Below, in pieces: positions 1 through 8,214 of a stretch of 9,885 bases of DNA. The notes beneath the pieces are model-generated. The model was not told the origin of the DNA. It searched no databases and saw only the letters and a list, made by a program, of their open reading frames with translations. Each line of letters opens with the position of its first letter. Position 1 is the first letter of the stretch. The DNA is from Vitrella brassicaformis CCMP3155 (taxonomy: Eukaryota; Protista; Chromerida). The stretch lies in NCBI GenBank assembly GCA_001179505.1, contig CDMY01000934.1, positions 1 to 9,885 on the forward strand, given 5' to 3'. Both the position numbers and the translations under genes were made by a program.

Positions 1-487
1 CACTTGTCTATCGCCCTCGCGCGTGCGACTAGCTTCTGTCTGCGTGGGGGAGGGAGGGGAGGGTTTGCGGGACTGGGGTGTGCTGATGGGGCGGGGATTG
101 ATCCCTCCTCCCTTGAGCCTGTTTGACTCTGCGTGCTGATGGGACTGTATTTGTATGAGTATCACGGACACACAGACGAGTGTTACGGTTAATGACAGTT
201 TCTCCCCCAGGAAGACAGCCCCTCTCAGTCCACTGACAGCTGCACACACTCGAGCGCTGCATACGCCCCTTGGCTGCTGCTGTCGATACAGCATGCCATG
301 CCCTCTTGTGACGTGTCAGCTCCCTACATCATGGTGCACACCACTCGATCGATGCATACATACCCAGTGGTCGCCCAAGTAAAACCCGCATATGTGCTGT
401 CTGTTGAGGCGCCAGCGGCCCTGTCATATGACGCATAGACAGCGGTGCCTAGGCCACGTGCCGCGTACACACGGCACGTGCGCATCG
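1..487 (-). CDS. Partial spliced exon chain of unknown function, running off the left edge of the window
   Basis: Minus-strand exons 487-364, 239-187 and probably 35-1 have AG/GT borders (donors GTATGT at 363, GTAACA at 186) and join in frame as MRTCRVYAARGLGTAVYASYDRAAGASTDSTYAGFTWATTG-CQWTERGCLPGGETVIN-QASRTREGDRQV. I could not join it in frame to the upstream exon ending at 619, so it may be a separate gene (ATG at 485) or spliced UTR. No family recognised. Confidence 0.35.
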
Positions 488-690
488 CTGCCCACATTAT
501 ATGCAGGGACAGCCAGGCAGCCGCCACAGCCAGCAGACACACAAGATGCAAAGACTCGCCTGCCCCTGTCTCTTCTCTCTCCTCTCCTCTCCTTTCCTCT
601 CTCCCCGGACTCACTCACGTGTGATCGTACAGAAGCGGCGTTGTCACGCTGCTTTCCCTGTTTCGCCGCCCCTCATGGCCTCTAGCTGCT

Positions 691-1393
691 CTAACAAAAT
701 GGCCTCGCGACACAGTGCCCGAATCTGGCAACCCCTTTGAAGAAGGTTCCCCGCGCGCTGAGCTCGCCAAGGAAGATGACGGCCAAGGTGAGGATGTAGC
801 CTGCCCAGCTATGCTGTTTGAAGATGGCGATAAAAAGGAACGTAATGCTTGTAGCCCCGAACGCACAGCAGAAGAAGATGTCCCACCGGTGATCTCATCG
901 CGCTGAAAGGAAAAACAGTCAGTGGCATTCATCAAGAGGAAGACAAGAACACATCAATGACCAGCAATCTCGCCCACCGTCTCGCTTCATGCTGTCTAAC
1001 CGTGGCCGTCTCCCTGGCTGACTCAAGCGATATTGTGACGACAATTGGCTCCTCCCCCTCCCGTCCGTGGCCTTGAAAGCTGTCAGCAGTCACATGGTAC
1101 AGGAGCTCGGGATGGTCTCGGATGCGCATCGCCATGGACCCCACATCATTCAAAAGCGGTGCGCACTTGGCATGGAGGAGCTCCTTCAACGCCGATGAGC
1201 CGATGCCGCTCGTGAAGGTCACAAGCTCGTCGGCGACGTCCTGTACAGAGCCATCTCGGGCCACAAGCTGCACAAGGAATCTGCGTTCTATCTGGAAAGG
1301 GTTCACCAACCAGTACCAGCACACAGAGGAGGAAGGAGAGCGCACGATGCGCATGGCGTGTTCGTGCTTCGAGGCGCGTACCTGTTCGCCCAT
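691..1393 (-). CDS. Hypothetical protein, possibly with a C-terminal transmembrane anchor; 3' splicing ambiguous
   Basis: ATG at 1393 (MGEQ), possible in-frame 90-nt intron 1381-1292 (GTACGC...TTTCCAG), then a GC3-rich 97-codon exon 1291-1001 (IERRFLVQLVARDGSVQDVADELVTFTSGIGSSALKELLHAKC...) and donor GTTAGA at 1000. Acceptor 814 gives tail HSWAGYILTLAVIFLGELSARGTFFKGVARFGHCVARPFC* (141 aa total). Acceptor 903 gives a Ser-rich tail ending at 615 (196 aa total). Confidence 0.5.
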
Positions 1394-1682
1394 TCATCTT
1401 CGCATTGCTAGCTCGCCGCATCCTGAGTGCTACACACAAGCTACAGTGAGGAAGAGAGTGAGCGATCCCCCCCCGCGCCCCCCCAGCGACAAAGAGGAGG
1501 AGTTGCAGTACCTGCCTGCAGTAAGGTGTACCGAAAGGAGAGAGAGGATGAGAGAGACTCATGCCAAAGGGCGGGGGGATGAGGGGACAGAGCAGCCAGA
1601 GCCTTCTTCTTGTCTGTCTGCAGATCTGAGCATCAATATTTATAGAAGACCATCATCCATTTGTCCAACCAACACCGGGACG
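1394..1682. promoter_or_regulatory. Putative bidirectional promoter / 5' leader region between divergent start codons
   Basis: Only 289 nt separate the minus-strand ATG (1393) and the plus-strand ATG (1683). Candidate 5' UTR introns exist on both strands (plus 1521-1623, minus 1511-1423). Inferred from gene geometry; no specific promoter motif recognised. Confidence 0.35.
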
Positions 1683-3653
1683 ATGGAGGAGGACAAAAGG
1701 AGAATGGAGGAAGGGAAGGTACGATGGCTGGATGATGAGGAAATATAAGTACTTATGTCCATATGTGTTGTATGTGTGTTGTGTTTCGGTGTGTGCAGCA
1801 ACTCTCAGGGAGTGACCCTGACAATGCGCAGATTCCCCTGCCGTCGGGGGGAGAGGTACACACACACACAGACATGGATGGCAAGGAGGAGCCACACACC
1901 CAAACCGGCAGACACACACACAGACAGACAGACAGACAGGCAGGCAATGCTGCATTGACTGTCTGTCTGTCTGTCTGTGTGCCTGTTGTCAATCAACTCG
2001 CCCATCCATCATATCCATCCATGTGTCACATCATATCAGTCCGCTGTGGGCGAGCGGGGAGAGAGGCTTCTGGCCGAGGTGCTGTGTTCCTTTGCCGACT
2101 GGGCCGTCAAAGCTGCTCAGTCAGTCGCAGAAAGAACCGGTAGGTGCTTATCCGATTGTGAGTGTGTCTTGTGCCTGCATCTCCTGTCGTGTGTGGGTCT
2201 GTCTGTCTGTCTGCCTGTGTGTGTGTAGGTCGATTGCCGTACTTTCCGTGAGCGAGCACAAATGAATGACACACATGACACAGACAGGGGGAGAGCAGAG
2301 GATGTGTCATGTGTGCGTGTGTGGATGGATGCACAGGCCCGGTATGGGTGTGCCGATGCCTCCAGTCGCCTCGCGCAACAGGGGCGTTGCTGGGTCAGGT
2401 CAGTCAGTCAGACACACAGACGGACGGGTGGAGAGGAAGGGTTAATGAATGGTGTCTGTCTGTCTGTCTGTGTGTCTGTTGGCTGACACGTATGTATGTG
2501 TGTCAACCAAACAGGGTTACCGGCGCCATCGTCGGCGGTGCATGAGGGGCAAAGGCGCAAAATGACGTACGTACACTGAGTGAGTGAGGCGGAGGGAGGA
2601 AAACCTACACCTGAACGATCCGCGTGTGTGTGTGTGTGATCACTCACTCACTCGCAGCGATCCCAACAAGCCCAAGAAGCCGCTGACGAGCTTCTTCATC
2701 TGGTGTAAGCGCCGCTGGACCCACATGTGTGTACTTCACTTGCACGTCTCGTCTGTGCTTGGCTTCCCTGGCATGGGTCTGTGTCTGTGTCTGTCTGCAG
2801 GTGAAGAAATGCGGCGGCACAGCCAGAAGTCGCTCAAGAGCAAAGGTAGGTGGGTCGGGTGAGGTGAGCGGCCTGGCCATCGATCGTATGGCTGACCGAC
2901 CATACACACGCATCGCATCGCATCGCATCCATGTGTGTGTATTAATGTATGGTGTTTGTTCGTGTGTCTCCCTCCCTCTGGTATCAGAGTTAGCTCGCAT
3001 CTGGTCGGCCATGTCGGACCACGAGAAGGCCCCGTGGGAGGAGAAAAGCAGACAGGCAAGCCAAGCCAGCCCAACGTGATCGATGCGATGCGATGTGATG
3101 CGATGCACACACAGAGGCGCACACACATGACTGACTGGCTGACTAACTGACTGACTGACTGCCGTATGTATGGATAACTAGCTAACTAACGAGTGATTGT
3201 GTGTGTGACGTGCAGATGAAGGACCAGTACGACAGGTCACCAGCTGACCAACAGCAAACGAACCACTGACTGCCGCCATTGATTGATTGATTGATGTGTT
3301 GTCATATATGTGTTGTCTGTCTGTCTGTCTGTGTTGCCAGGAATATGGCACTCTATCGGCAAGGTAAACAAACACACACACACACACAGACCCCCGCACG
3401 CATAAGACGGAAGAATGCATCCAATCTTTTGTCTGTGTGTCTGTCTGTCTGTGTGTCTGTGGTTGGGTGGTTGTGTGGTATCTATCCCAGCAGGTCTGTA
3501 TACGGGCCCAACACGTGGCGGCGCTGGTCCAGCAGCAGCAGCAGCATCCAGTGGCCCAGGGATGCCCTCAGGTGACCTATGCGATGCGATGCCATCTGCA
3601 CCTCATGGATGAAATGGATGGGATGGATGAGTGTGTATGCGTATGCCTGTGTA

Positions 3654-3685
<32 letters not shown>

Positions 3686-4130
3686 CAGTGTATCCGTCCA
3701 TCAAGCAAGAGCCGATGGACGAGGTAGGTGAGACACACAGACAGACAGAGACACACAGGCGTAACTGTCTGTGCCTGTGTGTGTGTGTGTTCTGTATTGC
3801 ATGTGTAGGATGAGGATGAGCTCGAAGATGAAGATGACTACGAGTAAGACGTCGATAGATCGTGTGGGTGCATGTTTCTATGTGTCACTCACTCATCGAT
3901 GGATGGATGGATGGGTTGCAGTGACGAAGGCACACAGGACAACAGGGACAGGGGCGACAAGAAAAGACCAATTGCCGGTAGGCAGGTGCCCTTCTTGCAC
4001 CACACACGGTGGGTGCGCAAGGCCACATATGAGTATGCGAGCATGTGTGTGGTCAGAGCCTGCGGGTGGTGGTGAAGAGGACGAAGACCGGAAGCGCCCG
4101 AGACACGAACAGAAGGACAAGGACGGATAA
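1683..4130 (+). CDS. HMG-box domain protein (single box, acidic and basic C-terminal tail), 16 exons, 268 aa
   Basis: Exons 1683-1718, 1799-1855, 2040-2139, 2229-2247, 2337-2398, 2515-2566, 2658-2704, 2801-2845, 2988-3055, 3216-3235, 3341-3363, 3494-3571, 3689-3723, 3809-3843, 3922-3977, 4057-4130 sum to 807 nt with all phases compatible. The spliced product contains DPNKPKKPLTSFFIWCEEMRRHSQKSLKSKELARIWSAMSDHEKAPWEEKSRQMKDQYDRNMALYRQ, matching the HMG-box pattern (PKxPxxxFF...W..LS..EK.P....A...K..Y....Y). It is followed by an acidic run (DEDEDELEDEDDYDDE) and NLS-like KKRP/RKRPR. Confidence 0.9.
1917..1981. repeat. Perfect 23-bp inverted repeat built from (CAGA)n/(TCTG)n inside HMG-gene intron 2
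   Basis: 1917-1939 CACACAGACAGACAGACAGACAG is the exact reverse complement of 1959-1981 CTGTCTGTCTGTCTGTCTGTGTG, with a 19-nt spacer. Confidence 0.9.
3056..3215 (+). other. Non-canonical GC-AG intron within the HMG box
   Basis: CAG|GCAAGC donor at 3056 and GTGCAG acceptor at 3215 join ...EEKSRQ to MKDQYD in frame. The next GT (GTGATC) would give an immediate TGA stop. Confidence 0.8.
3662..3685 (+). repeat. (TG)12 microsatellite immediately before a 3' splice site
   Basis: Direct reading; ends at the CAG acceptor 3686-3688. Representative of many (TG)n/(TCTG)n tracts at intron 3' ends in this window. Confidence 0.9.
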
Positions 4131-5287
4131 GCTGTATGCCTCCCTGCCTGCCTGCCTGCATGTGTCAGTATTGCTGCAATGTGTGTATGTAATGAACCCG
4201 AGTGACAGACAGACAGAGCTGGTGTCATGCTGCTGGGGCCCTCGGCGCATTTTGTTCAGTATTTATAGTAAGGCCTCAATGAATCACAGTTCGCTCTTTC
4301 GCCGGTCGCTGCGTCCATCCATCCATCCATGCATCCATCTCGTCCTTTTGTCCTTCCTTCCTGTCGATCAGCCTGCCTAGGGTCGGTGTGTAGTATGTAT
4401 GCAGTCTCTAAGCGCATATACAACAAATCCATCCAGAGAGATCTCTGTACGCAGGTGTGAATCACACACGTGGGTGTGTATCGGTACTTATCACGGATCA
4501 CTCACTCAGTCAGCTTGGTTGGGAGCATTAGAATGCGTGTGAACACCTTACCTTGCCCTCCCACCCACCCCACCCCCCACCCATAGCGTACGTGTGTGTA
4601 CACAAACATTCACAACACACTTCAAGCGTCGCGTCGGCTGATCGATGCACTCAATCGCAGCATCGCTTTTTGCCTTTGCGCGCACCCATCTTGCCACGCA
4701 GGAGCGCGTTGGTCGAGTACGCGAGTTGGTCGATTGATTGACGGTTGGCTGGTGGGCCGGTCGACAGACAGAGAAGAGACAGACAGACAGGCAGGCAGAC
4801 AGGAAGAGATAAAGTCAGATGGCCGGGGGCGTGATTGGATTGATGTGTGAACAAACAAAACGGAATGGTATGTTTGTATGGGCGTGTGCAAAACATGTGA
4901 GTGAGTGAGTGTTGATCGATCGACACACTGAATTATAAAAAGGACCTACAGAGACATACAGACATACACACATAGACCAACCGCACACACACATAAATGC
5001 AATGCACACACACACAGACACACACGACACACATGAGCGAGCAGGGGCGAGTGAGAGGCACTAAGGAAGGAAGGAGCATGAATGCATGCAGGTGGTGTGT
5101 AGGTATGTCTGTCTGTCTGTCTGTATGTTAGTAGTATGTTAGTTATGGAGGTATCTATCTATCTACGTGTGACAACACAAATGCCTTCCTTTACACACGC
5201 ACCCACCCACCCACACCAACCCACACCCACCGTCACCCACCCTCACCCGGCACACATGATCGTATCGCTACCGGACGACACACACAC

Positions 5288-5307
5288 ATGGATGGATGGA
5301 TGGATGG
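5288..5307 (+). repeat. (ATGG)5 microsatellite
   Basis: Direct reading; followed by a short (CAGT)n tract near 5324-5340. Confidence 0.85.
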
Positions 5308-5440
5308 ATTGGATGCAGCCAATCAGTCAGTCAGTCAGTCTGCCTGTCCGTGTGGCACGGCATCCATCATATGGCATTCGTGTACATACTGTATGTGATG
5401 TATGTGATATGGCCATTCATCCATTCATGCACCCATTCTT

Positions 5441-7279
5441 TCACTTCTTGCCGGCCATGTCCACACTCATCCGCAGGATCTTGATGCACCTGTTGGCACA
5501 CACAAATGGATGGAGTGGGATGGGACATATGCACACACGCATATTCCAACCATCCGTGAGTGTATTGTGTGCGTGTGTCGTGTCGCTTACGTATAGAACT
5601 TATCTCTCTCGTATGCCTCTTCGAAGTGGAAAATGAGAGGCTTGCCGTCCTGGTCGGCACACAGGACACGAGACAGAAAATGTGTTGGCGCGTGTGCATG
5701 TGTGTGAGTGGACATGGCCAACTTGCCCACCTTAATGTCGATGCCGACAGAGTTGAGTGTGACGTCTGACGGGAGCGACGGCAGCCTGTCAGAAACGTCC
5801 TGCGCCTTGTAGATCAGCATGATCTGTCATAGGCCATCCATCCATCCATCGATCCCATGGATGGGATGCCTGGTTGGTTACTTACGTCGTTCATGCTGAA
5901 TGAGGGGCCCTCCTCCTGGTCGGCACTTGTCACGATGGCCGGAGAGGGAGCCAACGTGAAATTCTGGCAGGCAGGCACGCATAGCATACACACACGCACA
6001 CACACACACACACACAGGCCAAAGGACGGATGAGCATGGCTATGCTATGCGTGTGTGCATGTGTCGTCTGTCTGTCTGTCTGTGTGTCTGTCTGTCTGTC
6101 TGTCTGCACACAGGAAGCACAGTCATTACGCAAGTAGGTCCGTCCGTCCGTACCATGAGGTATCGATCCATTGAGAAGAGTTTGTCGCATTTGCTGCCGT
6201 CTGCGATGTCGATGACACTCACAGGCATACCTGTAAGTAAAGTCAAGGGCCCGGCCACAAATGAATGATTTTGTCAGTCAGTCAGTGAGTTTTCGTTAGG
6301 TAGAGGTAGGTATATCCCTACCCGTGACGACCTCCTTGGCGAAGTCCTTGACCAGTATCTGCAGTCTGGTCTTCTCCCTGGCCTTCTCCTCCGCCGTCAT
6401 GCTCCGCCCGTCAGGCGTGTTGGCTGTCACAGCCGCACCACCATTGCGAAGCGGATCTGCACACACACATACACACACACAGACACATTCACAGACAGGC
6501 AAAAGGAGTCGTCAACACGCCAGTCCAGATGCATGGGAGGGAAAACACGCGTGTGTGTCTGTATCTACTATCTATCTGTGCGCATCGCATCGCATCGCAT
6601 CGGACCTTCCGTGTGTGGGCGTGAAGAGATCCGTGTGTCTTCTGTGTGTTGATGCGCACAGCACGTGGGGTGGGCAGACATGGAGTAATAAACGGACGGC
6701 CACACTCCACCCATTCCATCATATCATACATATTGTTAGTGTGCCCCCCCCCCCACGTACCTTCGTATTTGCTCTTGCCGAGCCCCGAGCCGTCCCGGAT
6801 GCCCATCGATGGCACACTCTACAGAGACATACAGCCATCCATCCATCCATCCACAAGCCAACCGACGGACGGCCACACACACACAGATAAACACAGAACA
6901 AACAAGCCAAGCAGCGTAAACACAAATGTGCGTGAGTCTTCTCTTTGTCCATCCGTCCTGAATGAATGACACCCACCTGTCTGTCGCAGTTTTCAGGCAG
7001 ATGAGCCCCCATCAACCCGATAGACGCTGAGGAAGGACGGACACGCACCAACACAACACACGGACATATCGAGTCGCACCACGTGCGTGTGTCCCTCCCT
7101 CCCTACCTGTCTTGTTCTCGATCGACAGCTCCCCAGTAGTGGGGGTCTCGGGGCAGCAACACCACAACCTGAACACACACAAAGTGCCACCTTTCTGCCG
7201 ACCTCATGGCTTTTCTTTTTTCGAAACCAGTTCATGTTGAGCATCTTGGGCAAAAGCACCTGTCTGTCTACCTGCACAT
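5441..7279 (-). CDS. Predicted palmitoylated PH-like-domain protein, ISP (IMC sub-compartment protein)-like, 11 exons, about 234 aa
   Basis: Minus exons 7279-7272, 7168-7107, 7026-6977, 6818-6761, 6641-6606, 6456-6322, 6230-6154, 5963-5886, 5823-5731, 5649-5591, 5489-5441 sum to 705 nt, all GT-AG and phase compatible. Product MCRLWCCCPETPTTGELSIENK...TAEEKAREKTRLQILVKDFAKEVVTGMPVSVIDIADGSKCDKLFSMDRYLMNFTL...IMLIYKAQDVSDRL...NSVGIDIKDGKPLIFHFEEAYERDKFYTCIKILRMSVDMAGKK*. The helix, beta-strands and terminal FxFxxxxERDxF helix fit a PH fold. The gene model is strong, the family call is pattern recognition only, and the start is uncertain (alternative ATG 7207 with a 34-nt intron gives MRLWCCC). 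Confidence 0.75.
5997..6106. repeat. Intronic microsatellite cluster: (CA)10 at 5997-6016 and imperfect (TCTG)n at 6067-6106
   Basis: Direct reading; lies in minus-strand intron 6153-5964. Confidence 0.85.
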
Positions 7280-8214
7280 GCAGACAGCGCAGAGCAGATA
7301 CACGAACGAATCCGTTGGTGTGCTGCGCTCAGTCGGCCGCCCCACCCACTCACTGACTGACGTGCTGCACACAGAGGCACAGGCGGACAGATGAGTGAGG
7401 GGTTCAATCAATCAGTCGGTTAGCTGAGCTGCTTGAAAGACAGGCCGGCAGCTGCGCTGACTGACTGACATACACAGCAATCGACCTCAGCTCGCTGCCT
7501 GGGTCGACTGGTGCACCTGACAGGCACACGTGAGTTTGGTGACTGGCTGCACAGGCAAACACGTGCCTGTGTGACTGACTCGTTACCTGCCTGCACAGAC
7601 AGACGCCGAGGTGCGATCTGAGTCTCTGCTGCACAGACCAGACGCGAGGTAAGAGAGCGTATTGACGGACCGACCTGCACAAGCAAGCACACCACACTCA
7701 CGCAGATGTGTGCCCCGCCGTTTGCGCACTGCTCTGCTCTGTGCCTGCCCGTGCAAGCACCAGCCACTCACCTCAAACTTCTCTCTTCCCTCCCAACGCC
7801 CAGATCCCGTCGATTATTACACACCACTACAACACAACTAGAAAGGGATACAACGCGTGGCAGAGGCCACACACACAGCACGCGCGCAACAAAAGCGGGA
7901 ATCTTCCCTCCTGCTAAGCTCGCAATTTGGGCTAGAGCCCCGCAGCTTTGCAGCGGAGAAGAAGCAGCCTGTTAGCACTGAAGAATCTCTCAGCTGCACT
8001 CATCAGTTCGCTCGAGCCGCTGCTGCTGTCAGACGGACATCGCAGAGCCAACTTACTCATTCGTCGGCCATTCGGCATCGATCAGGTTTGTGTCACTGAT
8101 TGGCATGTGCGTGCAGCAGCATGGCGAAAGAGCACTCAATCTGTGCTTTGCTTTGCTTCGCTTTTGTGTGAGTGAGTGCAGATCGGTCGGCGCCTTGACA
8201 GCTTGAGGAGTCAA

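Noticed and set aside
46-64. G4-like run GGGGGAGGGAGGGGAGGGG on the plus strand
   Set aside because: More simply explained as the polypyrimidine tract of a minus-strand acceptor at 40/36.
840-897. Selenocysteine/readthrough at TGA 897-895 or a -1 frameshift into the TM frame
   Set aside because: No phase-1 donor reaches that frame, no SECIS is recognisable, and the candidate slippery site C TTT TTA is not a canonical X XXY YYZ heptamer.
715-906. Acidic plus-strand ORF MPESGNPFEEG...
   Set aside because: Starts at GTG and is the codon-aligned antisense shadow of the hydrophobic, GC3-rich minus frame (TTC/ATC read as GAA/GAT); no convincing upstream plus-strand exon.
1122-1748. Longest ORF in the track (208 aa, plus strand)
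   Set aside because: Its first part is antisense to the better-supported minus exon, its middle crosses a likely leader intron, and only 1683-1718 belongs to the HMG gene.
4931-4940. TATA-like AATTATAAAA
   Set aside because: Lies between two convergent 3' ends with no downstream plus-strand gene; more likely 3' UTR sequence.
7706-7975. Plus-strand ORF from ATG 7706 as an independent gene
   Set aside because: Largely antisense to an obvious minus-strand intron and has repeat-like composition; at most a speculative first exon.
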